Of a stretch of 49,621 nucleotides of DNA, positions 18,101 to 27,503 are shown in pieces. The notes under the pieces are model-generated. The model ran no database searches and had not been told where the DNA came from. It saw only the letters and a list, made by a program, of their open reading frames with translations. Origin of the DNA: Minisyncoccota bacterium (GTDB taxonomy: Bacteria > Patescibacteriota > Minisyncoccia > Minisyncoccales > PWPS01); contig JAIPIL010000001.1 of assembly GCA_021734685.1 (NCBI GenBank), forward strand, positions 1 through 49,621. The letters are read 5' to 3'. The position numbers and the translations under genes are program-made. Numbering within the stretch: the stretch's first letter is position 1; the number at the start of each line of letters is the position of its first letter.

Positions 18101-19087
18101 CTATTTATTTTTTTCAAGCTCGTCAATCTTCTTTTTTAGTTCTATCATTTTTAACTCTCTACCAACGGTTATCTTGTAAAACTTTTCTAGCTCGTTTACT
18201 CTCTTCTGTAGTTCCTCTGTTTTCTTTGAAACTTTTTCTTCTAAACTACCTGTTAATTCTTGCAACTCCTTTGTCCTTTCTTTAACTTTTACTTCCAACA
18301 TTTCTTTTGTTTTTTCCGTTGCTGCTTGTGATTGTTGAAGATTTTCAACCATCTTATTAAAAGATTGAGCTAGTTCTTCTATCTCGTTTTGTGTTTTAAT
18401 TTCAACTCTGTGATTTAAATTTCCTCTTCCAATTATATCAACTCCTTCTTTCAAGATAAATAACGGCTTCGTTAATGTTTCAGACAGTAAAAACAAGATG
18501 AAAAAACCTCCCATCGTTGCTAAAAAAGTAATAAAAAAGCCATATAACATCATCTCTTTAGTCTGTTCTTTCTTTTTATCTAAAGAGATTGTTATTTTAG
18601 AGAAACCAATTACTTCTCTTTCTTTCTCTTCTTCTAAAGAAAAGAAAGGGTGAGTTTCTAAAACTGGAGCATAGAAATCATAGACAAGAGACCCTTTCTC
18701 TGTTTTATTACTAACTCTTATCACCCCTCTTTCTTTTTCTAGTCTTTCTTTAATCTTAGAAGATATTCTTTGTTCTGATAAAGTTCCTTGCTCTTTCTTT
18801 TCAAGTAAAATTATCCCTTTTTCATTGTAAGAAGCTATCAGTATCACTTCTTCTCTCTCAAAGAGCGCCTCGGCAAAAGGTTTTAGTAGCACCGGATCCT
18901 CTGATGCAACTCCAAGTTCAGAAGCGTAAGAAAAGTCATTAACTAAATGCTCTCCTGACGAAACTAATTCTTCTTCTAATAAGCTGTTTATTCGGTAACT
19001 AAAAAGAGACAACAAAAGCACAGCGATAAATATCACTAAACCCCCTCCGTAAATAAGAAGTTGAGTTTTAAAGCTTTTAGTCTTCAT
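18101..19087 (-). CDS. HAMP domain-containing membrane protein with C-terminal coiled coil (no recognizable kinase or MCP output domain)
   Basis: N-terminal TM, periplasmic-like region, second TM, HAMP-like LTKPLFILKEGVDIIGRGNLNHRVE, then a heptad-rich tail. Confidence 0.5.
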   Translation of the reverse strand: MKTKSFKTQLLIYGGGLVIFIAVLLLSLFSYRINSLLEEELVSSGEHLVNDFSYASELGVASEDPVLLKPFAEALFEREEVILIASYNEKGIILLEKKEQGTLSEQRISSKIKERLEKERGVIRVSNKTEKGSLVYDFYAPVLETHPFFSLEEEKEREVIGFSKITISLDKKKEQTKEMMLYGFFITFLATMGGFFILFLLSETLTKPLFILKEGVDIIGRGNLNHRVEIKTQNEIEELAQSFNKMVENLQQSQAATEKTKEMLEVKVKERTKELQELTGSLEEKVSKKTEELQKRVNELEKFYKITVGRELKMIELKKKIDELEKNK

Positions 19088-19096
19088 AAGTCGTTC

Positions 19097-20509
19097 TTAG
19101 TACTTGCTGAAAATAAGCACTGATGGGGTTACTTCTCCGTATCTGTTTCCAACTCCAAAGAAATTACCATAAGGTCCAAGGTTAGAGTTTCCTATAAAAG
19201 GAGCGCCTCCCGATGCTTCCATTGTTTTTTCAATCATCTGATCCCAACCTTCTTTTTCTGGAATTCCTAATAAAGAAGCTCCACACTGATCAACTAAAAC
19301 TCCAGCAATTTCTTCTTGAGGAACCCCTCCTCTGGCTCTTGCTAGTCTGACAGCAAGACCAAGTCTTTCAATAAAAAGCTCTGGATCACTTTCAAGTAAG
19401 TGAATCTCAGTTCCTTCAGGTATAACTGTTCCGATATTAATACTATCGTCTTCATTGAAGTGTAAAGTGATTATCATGTGCCAATTTTTAGTTCCGTCAC
19501 TTTCTAAAACTTCAATACCAAGAGTATGATAGAGAGTTTTATGAAGAAACATATTGCTTGTTCCCATAAACTCATCTAATTCACCTCCTAACCACTCGTT
19601 ATATACTTCAGCGGCTGGTTGATCATCAATAGTAATGATTCTAATTCCTTTTTCATCTCTTGCAACTTCAGTTACTTCACCTTTTGGTCCTGCTGGATTA
19701 AATCCTCCCAAAAAAGCATGTCCAATTTTAGTATCAGTGTAAATAACAGCAACAACAACCCCTTTTTCATAAGCTTTATCATTTACAAATAAAGACTCTC
19801 CACCACTAACCAGGTCGCCATATCCAGCAGCAGCTCCTCCTCCAACAATAGGAACTTGCTCGCCAAGAACACTCTCTGCTCCTTTAATAAAGAGATCTTC
19901 TCCTGCTCCAAAGTGAGCACTGGCCATCATTGCAATTTTAGGAGAGTCTTCTTTTCCTGCGTCTTTTATCGCTCTCTCAGTGGCAATTTTTGCAGTTTGC
20001 TCTGGAGAATCACCTTCGCTTAATTCTGCTCCCCCTACACCAACAACTAAATTCTCTCCAGAGAAGCCCATCATACTTAACACATTTCCTTCTTCTACTC
20101 CTTCTCCTATTTTAAATCCATCTTTTGTCATTATTCCAAACAAAGAAGTGTATCCATATATTTTAACCCCTTCTGGCAAGACTTTTCTTGCTTCTTGGAT
20201 AATCTTTTCTTGATCAAATCCAACGGTTGAAGTTAAAACAACAAAACTAGGATCTTCTCCTAGTTCTTCCATCATTTTATTAAATGCTTCTAATACAACT
20301 ACTTCTTCTTTTTCTTCAGAAGCAGTGTTTTCTGAAAGAACACCATAACCTGTTCCTATTTTTAATTTTACTTCTCTTTCTTCAATAACAACCTCGGGTT
20401 CTTCTTCTACAACGGGATCTTCATTATCTCTTAGAAAGAATAATAAAAACGCCCCGATTATAACCACAAGAGCAGTTACTGCTCCAATAATGATTTTTTT
20501 ATTTATCAT
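19097..20509 (-). CDS. Membrane-anchored sensory protein, possibly FIST-domain
   Basis: N-terminal TM. Gly-rich segments (PIVGGGAAAGYGDLVSGGESLFVND, AFLGGFNPAGP) resemble FIST N/C small-ligand sensor domains. The assignment is tentative. Confidence 0.35.
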   Translation of the reverse strand: MINKKIIIGAVTALVVIIGAFLLFFLRDNEDPVVEEEPEVVIEEREVKLKIGTGYGVLSENTASEEKEEVVVLEAFNKMMEELGEDPSFVVLTSTVGFDQEKIIQEARKVLPEGVKIYGYTSLFGIMTKDGFKIGEGVEEGNVLSMMGFSGENLVVGVGGAELSEGDSPEQTAKIATERAIKDAGKEDSPKIAMMASAHFGAGEDLFIKGAESVLGEQVPIVGGGAAAGYGDLVSGGESLFVNDKAYEKGVVVAVIYTDTKIGHAFLGGFNPAGPKGEVTEVARDEKGIRIITIDDQPAAEVYNEWLGGELDEFMGTSNMFLHKTLYHTLGIEVLESDGTKNWHMIITLHFNEDDSINIGTVIPEGTEIHLLESDPELFIERLGLAVRLARARGGVPQEEIAGVLVDQCGASLLGIPEKEGWDQMIEKTMEASGGAPFIGNSNLGPYGNFFGVGNRYGEVTPSVLIFSKY

Positions 20510-20757
20510 ATTTTTAATTTTAATAATTAATAGTTTTTTTATTATAAGTCGACCACCTACCTTAAATGTTAATTTTTTTATTATTTCATATTATCATAAA
20601 AAAAATATTTAACCAATTTCTTGACATAAAAATAAAAACAGATAAAGTAGAGGCAGTAAATAATCTTGAAAATGTTGACTTATGTTTTTTTATATGATAA
20701 GATGTATACACTCTCTTGAAAGGAGAGCTTTTTGTTTTATTAATTAATATATTATAT

Positions 20758-21402
20758 ATGTCTACTCAAAAGGTATCTACCGATGATAGTAGTAGTATAC
20801 GGATCATCCTCTTACTACCACTTTCTCTGTTTTTTATCTTTGCAATAGAAAACAACGACAGTAGTAACAGTGAAGAGCTTGTAGAAAAAGAAATGGCCAT
20901 CTTGTCTTCTTATGAAGAAGTAGATGATGACTACTTTTCAGAAGATAATAATCTTCAAATTACAGCCTTGACTGTTAAATCAAATCCTGTTTATCACAAA
21001 TCCCAAGTAATGGGTTCTCAGGAAATAAGAGAAGAAAATGGTGAAGAACTAATAGAAGGTGAAAAACTAATAGAAGAAGTTGTTGTGAAAGAAGTGTTTT
21101 TAGTTGAGATGACGGGATACTCAAGTACTCCCGATCAAACAAACTGTCAACCATTTATAACAGCCTCTGGAGAGTGGGTGAGAGATGGAATAGTGGCAAC
21201 AAACTTTCTTGAATTCGGAACAAAGATAAGAATCCCTGAATACTTTGGAGATAAAGAGTTTGTTGTAAAAGACAGAATGAACTCAAGATACACTCTTCCT
21301 AAGAATGATTCCTATGACGGATATGTTGACATCTGGTTCCAAACCAGAAACGAAGCAGTAAACTTCGGAAGAGTTTTAGCAGAAATAGAAGTAATAGAAT
21401 AA
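20758..21402 (+). CDS. 3D (MltA-like) domain secreted/membrane-anchored protein
   Basis: C-terminal CQPFITASGEWVRDGIVA...GTKIRIPEYFGDKEFVVKDRMNSRY...VDIWF...EAVNFGR with the three conserved Asp of the 3D domain. An alternative TTG start at 20716 would add 14 aa. Confidence 0.6.
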   Translation: MSTQKVSTDDSSSIRIILLLPLSLFFIFAIENNDSSNSEELVEKEMAILSSYEEVDDDYFSEDNNLQITALTVKSNPVYHKSQVMGSQEIREENGEELIEGEKLIEEVVVKEVFLVEMTGYSSTPDQTNCQPFITASGEWVRDGIVATNFLEFGTKIRIPEYFGDKEFVVKDRMNSRYTLPKNDSYDGYVDIWFQTRNEAVNFGRVLAEIEVIE

Positions 21403-21416
21403 ACAACAAAAAAAAT

Positions 21417-21446
21417 GGCACAGGTCTGACCTGTGCCATTTTTTTG
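21417..21446. terminator. Invariant palindrome GGCACAGGTCTGACCTGTGCC flanked by A8/T7 (copy 2 of 3)
   Basis: Same element as 2277..2305 and 24427..24464. Bidirectional terminator geometry. Confidence 0.6.
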
Positions 21447-21447
21447 T

Positions 21448-21532
<85 letters not shown>

Positions 21533-21593
21533 AGGAATGACCTTTGACATGTGACAATTGACTGGATTCCGTCAAAGGTCAACTGTCAAATTG

Positions 21594-21665
21594 AGGCCTG
21601 GGCGGGATTTGAACCCGCGCATGAGGGTTTTGCAGACCCTTGCCTTACCACTTGGCTACCAGGCC
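21594..21665 (-). tRNA. tRNA-Cys (anticodon GCA)
   Basis: Acceptor ggcctgg/ccaggcc, anticodon loop ctGCAaa, discriminator U. Confidence 0.8.
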
Positions 21666-21670
21666 ATAAG

Positions 21671-23164
21671 CTAAAGAGTTTTATTTACTGTTTTTTCTTT
21701 ATAAAGAACAACTACATCTCCTTCTTCGGTTTTTGTTTTGCTTTCTATAAGCATTCCCATCTCTTCATTTTCTGAAATTTTCTCCATATCTTTTTCTTCT
21801 TTTTTCAAATTAACTATTTTTCCTTCTCCTATTTTTTCTTTATCTCTTTGTATTTCAATAAGTGATCCCTTGATTGCCTCTCCTTTGGTTATCTTTCCTC
21901 CTAAAATTTGTCTGTTTTTCTGTGTTCTAAATACAGCTAATATCTTTATTTTCCCGATCTCTTCTCTTATAATCTCTGGTTCCAACATTCCTTCAATTGT
22001 TTTTTTAACAAAATCAATTAGTTCGTAAATTATATCAAAATATTCAATTTTTACATCCTCTTGAATCGCCATCTTTTCTGCTGATTTTTCGATACTAACA
22101 TTAAAGGCAATTATTTTTGTATCTTCTGTTTTTGCCCACTCTATATCAGACTCAGTTATATTTCCAATATCAGCTTTTATTATTTTAACTGCAACCTCTT
22201 CTTGTGGTATTTTACTTAGTGAATTTTCTATCGCTTCAAGAGAACCAACCCCATCAACTTTTAAAATAATATTTACTGTTTTTTGCTCTCTTGATACTGC
22301 TTTTTTTTCTTTTATCTCTTTTCTAGAAACAAATCTTTTTGCATCTTCAGCTTTCTCAAAAACAAAGAAGTCTTCTCCAGCGCTTAGACAGTCTTTAATT
22401 CCTGTTATCTGAACCGGAGTAGATTCTCCTGCTTCTTCTTTTTCCTTTCCAAGAAAATCTTGAATGGTTCTTATCTTTCCACAGCTATGCTCTGTTCCAA
22501 TAAAATCTCCCTTTCTTAAAGTTCCTTTTTTAATAAGAAGGTTAATAACTGTCCCTTTTTTAGGATCTCTGACTGACTCTATAACAACTCCTTCTGCCCC
22601 ATCAACATCTTCCAATTCAAGTCCTTCCATTTCTGCAACAAGACCAACCAGTTCTAACAACTCATCTATTCCTTCTTTATTTTTACAAGAGATATTTGCT
22701 GAAGGAACCTCTCCTCCATACGATTCTAAAAATATCTGTTCTTTTGCAAGATCTTGCTTTGTCTTTTCTATATCTGCTTGCTTTTTGTCAATCTTATTTA
22801 TTGCAACAACAAACGGAATTTTACTGTCTTTTAAACACTGAATTGCCTCTTTTGTTTGCTCTTTAACTCCTTCATCAGCGGCAACTACTAAAATTCCAAC
22901 ATCAGCAACATCTGTTCCTCTTGAACGCATCTTAGAGAAAGCCTCGTGCCCAGGAGTATCAATAAAAGTAATCTCTTTTCCTTGGTGAGAGATCATATAT
23001 GCTCCTATTCTCTGAGTTATCCCTCCTGCTTCTTTTTCAGTTATTTTGAGATCTTTCACTGCTTCAAGAAGAGAGCTTTTTCCGTGATCAACATGACCAA
23101 GAACCACAACTATTGGTGGTCGTGTCTTTGCGTTGTTCTCATTTTTTTTATTTTTTTCTACCAT
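21671..23164 (-). CDS. infB: Translation initiation factor IF-2 (minimal form, 497 aa)
   Basis: The G domain starts almost at the N-terminus (VVVLGHVDHGKSSLLEA; DTPGHEAF; NKID), followed by domain II and a C-terminal beta-barrel. Confidence 0.8.
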   Translation of the reverse strand: MVEKNKKNENNAKTRPPIVVVLGHVDHGKSSLLEAVKDLKITEKEAGGITQRIGAYMISHQGKEITFIDTPGHEAFSKMRSRGTDVADVGILVVAADEGVKEQTKEAIQCLKDSKIPFVVAINKIDKKQADIEKTKQDLAKEQIFLESYGGEVPSANISCKNKEGIDELLELVGLVAEMEGLELEDVDGAEGVVIESVRDPKKGTVINLLIKKGTLRKGDFIGTEHSCGKIRTIQDFLGKEKEEAGESTPVQITGIKDCLSAGEDFFVFEKAEDAKRFVSRKEIKEKKAVSREQKTVNIILKVDGVGSLEAIENSLSKIPQEEVAVKIIKADIGNITESDIEWAKTEDTKIIAFNVSIEKSAEKMAIQEDVKIEYFDIIYELIDFVKKTIEGMLEPEIIREEIGKIKILAVFRTQKNRQILGGKITKGEAIKGSLIEIQRDKEKIGEGKIVNLKKEEKDMEKISENEEMGMLIESKTKTEEGDVVVLYKEKTVNKTL

Positions 23165-23185
23165 AATTTTATTTAAAATCCTTTA

Positions 23186-23536
23186 CTATCCTTCAATCGC
23201 TTTCTTCTCTTCTTTTGATAAAGCATACTCAGAAGAACCTTTTTCTACTGGTTTTCCATAAATCCTATTACCGTCTTTTGTATAAAAGTTTGTGACAACT
23301 ACTCCGTTTTTCTCTTGATCTACAAAAGCAATAGAAAAACTTTGATTTCCTCCTTCTCCTGGAAACGGATTAAACCTTACTACTCCTGGCTTTTTTAAAT
23401 AAAGTTTTTCTCTCTTTTTCATTTCAATCAGTTCTTCTCTTATCTCTTTGTTTTCTTGTTCTATCTGTTTTAATTTTTCTAAAACTTCTCCAATGTCTTG
23501 AGGTTCTTCTTCTTGTTTCTTTTTGAAATTAAACAT
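23186..23536 (-). CDS. Hypothetical protein (N-terminal coiled coil)
   Basis: ORF with a charged heptad-like N-terminus. No motif recognized. Confidence 0.4.
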   Translation of the reverse strand: MFNFKKKQEEEPQDIGEVLEKLKQIEQENKEIREELIEMKKREKLYLKKPGVVRFNPFPGEGGNQSFSIAFVDQEKNGVVVTNFYTKDGNRIYGKPVEKGSSEYALSKEEKKAIEG

Positions 23537-23558
23537 ATTTACTTAAATTAACCAGTTG

Positions 23559-23642
23559 CGGAGAGAGCGGGACTTGAACCCGCAAGTCCTTGCGGACACC
23601 GATTTTCGAAATCGGCGGAATAGCCAGTTATCCGATCTCTCC
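23559..23642 (-). tRNA. tRNA-Ser (anticodon CGA)
   Basis: Acceptor ggagaga/tctctcc, anticodon loop ttCGAaa, long variable arm. Confidence 0.8.
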
Positions 23643-23660
23643 ACTTTTTAGAGGAAAAAG

Positions 23661-23734
23661 TGGACCCTACCGGACTTGAACCGGTGGCCTCTACCGTGCC
23701 ACGGTAGCGCTCTAGCCAACTGAGCTAAGGGCCC
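23661..23734 (-). tRNA. tRNA-Ala (anticodon GGC)
   Basis: G3-U70 identity pair present in acceptor gggccct/agggtcc, anticodon loop gtGGCac. Confidence 0.75.
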
Positions 23735-23756
23735 AAAGCTCGCGCTCCGCGCGAGA

Positions 23757-23915
23757 AAATTTTCAATTTTCAATTTGACAATTTTCAATGAATGACCAAA
23801 TTTTTTAATGAATAAATTTTCAAAAATAATTTTACTTTATTTTATAAAAACTATAAGGTTTAGAAAATTAAGAAATTGAAAATTCATTGAAAATTGAAAA
23901 TTGCCAAATTGAAAA
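23757..23915. mobile_element. MITE-like element: ~40-bp terminal inverted repeats (AATTTTCAATTTTCAATTTGaCAATTTTCAATGAATGAC...) around a ~75-bp core
   Basis: Left arm 23757..23800 and right arm 23876..23915 are reverse complements. The same arms flank two other intergenic segments at 36642..36852 and 37488..37646. Confidence 0.5.
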
Positions 23916-23920
23916 CTATT

Positions 23921-24379
23921 TCACAACTTGTCAATTATATCACCATCACCTTGTATTATCAACCTTCTTCTTTTGTCGTCTTTGAACTCAAAGTGTATCT
24001 CGGCTGATTTTTCGGGAAGTGATTTTTTTATGTTTTCTCCCCACTCAACCACTACTATATTTTCTTCGTTGTTTATAATCTCTTGAAATCCTAATACTGA
24101 TAAATCTTTATCTTCTATCCGATAAGCATCAAAGTGATAGAGATATTTATTATTTTTTGTTTTGTATTTTTTAAAAACAAGAAAAGTAGGACTTGTTATG
24201 TTTTCTTCAACACCCACCCCTTCTGCAAATCCTTGTGTAAAAGTAGTTTTTCCTCCCCCCAGATCACCACTCAGAGATAAAAAAAACTTTTTTTGTTTTT
24301 CTATCACTTTTTTCCCCATCAAAAACCCTATCTTCTTCGTTTCTTCAGGAGAGTTTGTTACTACTTCTTTTTTAATCAT
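23921..24379 (-). CDS. tsaE: tRNA threonylcarbamoyladenosine biosynthesis protein TsaE
   Basis: P-loop LSGDLGGGKTTF and SPTF motif. Start is the ATG at 24379 (MIKKEV), because the longer track ORF runs through the terminator palindrome. Confidence 0.8.
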   Translation of the reverse strand: MIKKEVVTNSPEETKKIGFLMGKKVIEKQKKFFLSLSGDLGGGKTTFTQGFAEGVGVEENITSPTFLVFKKYKTKNNKYLYHFDAYRIEDKDLSVLGFQEIINNEENIVVVEWGENIKKSLPEKSAEIHFEFKDDKRRRLIIQGDGDIIDKL

Positions 24380-24426
24380 CTTCCCATTATACAAAATCCA
24401 ACCCACTAGTTCAAACCCCTTCTTTA

Positions 24427-24464
24427 AAAAAAATGGCACAGGTCGGACCTGTGCCATTTTTTTT
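24427..24464. repeat. Invariant palindrome A8-GGCACAGGTCGGACCTGTGCC-T8 (copy 3 of 3), here in a divergent-promoter region
   Basis: Identical core to 2277..2305 and 21417..21446. Confidence 0.6.
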
Positions 24465-24521
24465 GATTGACTAAATGGGTTATTTGGTATATAAATAAGG
24501 GGTTACTATGCCTTAATTATT

Positions 24522-25826
24522 ATGCAAAGATCAACTGTGAGAGGGGAGGTTAATATTCCTTTGAAACTTATTAAAGACCTTTCTTCTAATAAAATAAATA
24601 ATGTTTCTGATTTTGAAAGAAAATTGAAAGATTGTATCAACAAAGATACTTCCGTTTTATTGGAACTTCTTTTTATTGGAGCTTTGTTTATTGACTCCTC
24701 GGATATTCATTTAGAAGCAGAAGAAGAAGGATTGAAATTAAGAGTGAGAGTAGATGGTGTTCTGAGAGATGTCTTGGTTATAGAAAGAAAAGTCGCCGAC
24801 AAAGTAGTTTCTAGGATAAAACTGCTCTCAAGTGTAAAGCTAAATGTTAAAGATCGTCCCCAAGACGGAAGTTTTACTATCGTTTTTCCTTTTGAAGAAG
24901 CTCCTTTAGAGGTGGATATAAGAATGTCCACTCTTCCTTCTGAGTATGGAGAAACAGTTGTTTTAAGATTGCTTGATCCGAGAAAATTAATAACCCTTGA
25001 AGAGCTTGGGCTTAGAAAAGATCTACTTGCTCTTTTTAAAGAACAGATAAGAAAACCAAACGGAATGATTTTTGTTACTGGGCCAACTGGTAGTGGTAAA
25101 ACAACTACCCTTTATGCTTTTTTGAAAACAATAAACAGTCCTGATTCAAAAATAATAACAATAGAAGAGCCGATAGAGTATCATCTTGATGGAATATCAC
25201 AAACCGAAACAAGACCTGACAAAGGATATGATTTTGCTGGAGGATTAAAAGCAATTATGCGACAAGATCCTGATGTTATTCTTGTTGGAGAGATTAGAGA
25301 TATAGAAACAACACAAATTGCCACACAAGCTGCTTTAACTGGACATCTTGTTTTTTCAACACTACACACTAATGATGCCCCTGGAACGATATCACGACTA
25401 GTTTCTCTTGGAGAGCAAATCTCTAATATCGCTCCTGCAATAAATATGATAATTGCACAAAGACTGGTAAGAAAAATCTGTCCGATGTGTGCAAAAATTG
25501 AAAAACCAGACGAAGAAACTATGAAAAAAATAAAAGAAGAGTTAAGTAATGTTGATAAAAGTATATTTTCTCTTCCTTCTGAGTTAAAAATTCCTACTGC
25601 AACTGGTTGCCGGGGTTGTAATTTTACTGGATATAAAGGAAGATTGGGTGTTTTTGAGGCGTTTATTGTAGATAGTGAGATAGAAGATTTTCTTTTTCAT
25701 TATCAGTCAACTGCTGAATTAAGAGAAAAAGCAATTGAAAAAGGAATGATGACTGTAAGACAAGACGCTTTAATCAAAGTAATTGAACAAAAAACAACAA
25801 TAGAAGAAGTTAACCGAGTAACATAA
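24522..25826 (+). CDS. Type IV pilus/type II secretion assembly ATPase (PilB/GspE family), short form
   Basis: Walker A GPTGSGKTTT, Asp box, Walker B, His box, and a C-terminal tetracysteine CPMC...CRGC zinc motif. Confidence 0.8.
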   Translation: MQRSTVRGEVNIPLKLIKDLSSNKINNVSDFERKLKDCINKDTSVLLELLFIGALFIDSSDIHLEAEEEGLKLRVRVDGVLRDVLVIERKVADKVVSRIKLLSSVKLNVKDRPQDGSFTIVFPFEEAPLEVDIRMSTLPSEYGETVVLRLLDPRKLITLEELGLRKDLLALFKEQIRKPNGMIFVTGPTGSGKTTTLYAFLKTINSPDSKIITIEEPIEYHLDGISQTETRPDKGYDFAGGLKAIMRQDPDVILVGEIRDIETTQIATQAALTGHLVFSTLHTNDAPGTISRLVSLGEQISNIAPAINMIIAQRLVRKICPMCAKIEKPDEETMKKIKEELSNVDKSIFSLPSELKIPTATGCRGCNFTGYKGRLGVFEAFIVDSEIEDFLFHYQSTAELREKAIEKGMMTVRQDALIKVIEQKTTIEEVNRVT

Positions 25827-25855
25827 CCATGTCCATCCCCGGGTTAGACATGGGG
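25827..25855. repeat. REP-like palindrome, degenerate copy (CCATGTCCATCC-CCG-GGTTAGACATGGGG), overlapping the pilB stop codon
   Basis: Two mismatches in the arms relative to the consensus copies. Confidence 0.6.
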
Positions 25856-25865
25856 TAGTGTTGTT

Positions 25866-26861
25866 ATGAATACAAAAAAAAGGGCTGTTTCTCCTGTTTT
25901 AACTCAAGAGGACGAAGGGCTTGATTTCACTTTGAGACCTCAAAGTTTTAAGGATTATATCGGACAGTCAAATATCAAAAAAAATATCAGCATAATAATA
26001 GATGCTGCAAAGAAAAGAAAAGAGCCTTGTATTGAGCATATTTTATTTTATGGTGGTTCAGGGTTGGGAAAAACAACTCTCTCTTTTTTAATATCAAAAG
26101 AAATGAGAAGTAGTATGAGAACTGTTGCTGGTCCTTCAATAAAAAGAAGTGGTGATTTAGCGGCAATTCTAACTAATTTAAAAAAAGGAGATGTTCTTTT
26201 TATTGATGAAATTCACAGAATGAATAGTGTTTGTGAGGAGGTTATATACCCAGTAATGGAAGACTTTAAACTAAACATTGTTATTGGAAAAGGACCGATG
26301 GCAAGAACAATGGATATTAAAATTCCACCATTTACTCTTGTTGGGGCAACCACAAAACTGGCTCTTTTATCTTCTCCTTTTAGAAGTAGATTTGGTGCTA
26401 CTTTCCGTATTGATAACTATAAAACAGAAGAAGTGGAACAGATAATAGCAAGGTCTGCTGAACTTTTAAATATAAAAGTAGAAAAAGATGCTTTGAAAAG
26501 AATTGCCTCTTGTTCAAGATTTAATCCCCGAGTTGCAAACCGCCTCTTAAAGAGAGTGCGTGATTTTTCCCAATCAAAGAACAAAGAAGTTATAACCGAA
26601 AAAGATGCAAAACAAGCTCTTTCATTTTTAGATATTGATGAGATTGGTCTTGATTCCGGAGATAAAAAAGTTCTTGAAGTTTTAATAAAATCCTTTAATG
26701 GTGGCCCTGCGGGAATAACTTCCATCGCAATGGCTTCCGGTGAAGAAGAAGAAACAATCGCTGAAATACACGAGCCATACTTAATGCAGATCGGATTCAT
26801 AAAAAGAACAAAACAAGGAAGAGTAGTTACAGAGAAAGGAAGAAAATATTTAGGAGTTTAA
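25866..26861 (+). CDS. ruvB: Holliday junction branch-migration ATPase RuvB
   Basis: Walker A GGSGLGKTT, sensor motifs, and a C-terminal winged helix. Confidence 0.9.
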   Translation: MNTKKRAVSPVLTQEDEGLDFTLRPQSFKDYIGQSNIKKNISIIIDAAKKRKEPCIEHILFYGGSGLGKTTLSFLISKEMRSSMRTVAGPSIKRSGDLAAILTNLKKGDVLFIDEIHRMNSVCEEVIYPVMEDFKLNIVIGKGPMARTMDIKIPPFTLVGATTKLALLSSPFRSRFGATFRIDNYKTEEVEQIIARSAELLNIKVEKDALKRIASCSRFNPRVANRLLKRVRDFSQSKNKEVITEKDAKQALSFLDIDEIGLDSGDKKVLEVLIKSFNGGPAGITSIAMASGEEEETIAEIHEPYLMQIGFIKRTKQGRVVTEKGRKYLGV

Positions 26862-26872
26862 AAAAATTTCAA

Positions 26873-27502
26873 ATGTTAAAATATTTATCACTTCTTGTTC
26901 TGTTAATTCCTTTGTCAACTTACGGTTTGGTTATTAGTGAAGTTCAGATAGAGGGAGATAATCCTAGTGAGTGTTATATTAAAATTTATAATCCGTTAGA
27001 TGAAGTTGTTGATCTTAGTGATTATCGTCTTCGTAAAAAAACTTCAACTGGTAAAGATTACTCTTTAAGAGTTTTTCCTGCAGAGAGTTATATCAAAAAA
27101 GATAATTTTTTCATCTGGGCAAGTTCAGAAAACAGTTCTTTTCCTGAAACAGTAGAAGCAGATATTTCTTCAACACAAACAATATCTTCTGATAATAGTA
27201 TTGCTCTTTTTGATAATAATGATAACTTAGTTGATGTTGTCTGTTGGGGAAGTGGTGAAAATTCTTACTGCAACGAAGATGTTCTTGAAAATCCAGAAGA
27301 AGGGCAAGTAATAAAGAGAAAGGATAATGTTGGCGATTTTTATCTACACCCTCCTCCATTATCTTTAATAGACATAAAAGAGATAAAAACAGAGAAACAA
27401 GAAAAACAAAAAACACATCCTTTTATTTTTGGATTTTTTCTTTCTCTGTTTTTAGCAACGATAGTTTTGTATTTAAAAATAATAATAACTAATAAATATT
27501 AA
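26873..27502 (+). CDS. Lamin-tail-domain (LTD) secreted protein with C-terminal membrane anchor
   Basis: Signal peptide, then ISEVQIEGDNPSECYIKIYNP...DLSDYRL (LTD pattern), and a C-terminal hydrophobic helix. Confidence 0.55.
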   Translation: MLKYLSLLVLLIPLSTYGLVISEVQIEGDNPSECYIKIYNPLDEVVDLSDYRLRKKTSTGKDYSLRVFPAESYIKKDNFFIWASSENSSFPETVEADISSTQTISSDNSIALFDNNDNLVDVVCWGSGENSYCNEDVLENPEEGQVIKRKDNVGDFYLHPPPLSLIDIKEIKTEKQEKQKTHPFIFGFFLSLFLATIVLYLKIIITNKY

Positions 27503-27503
27503 G

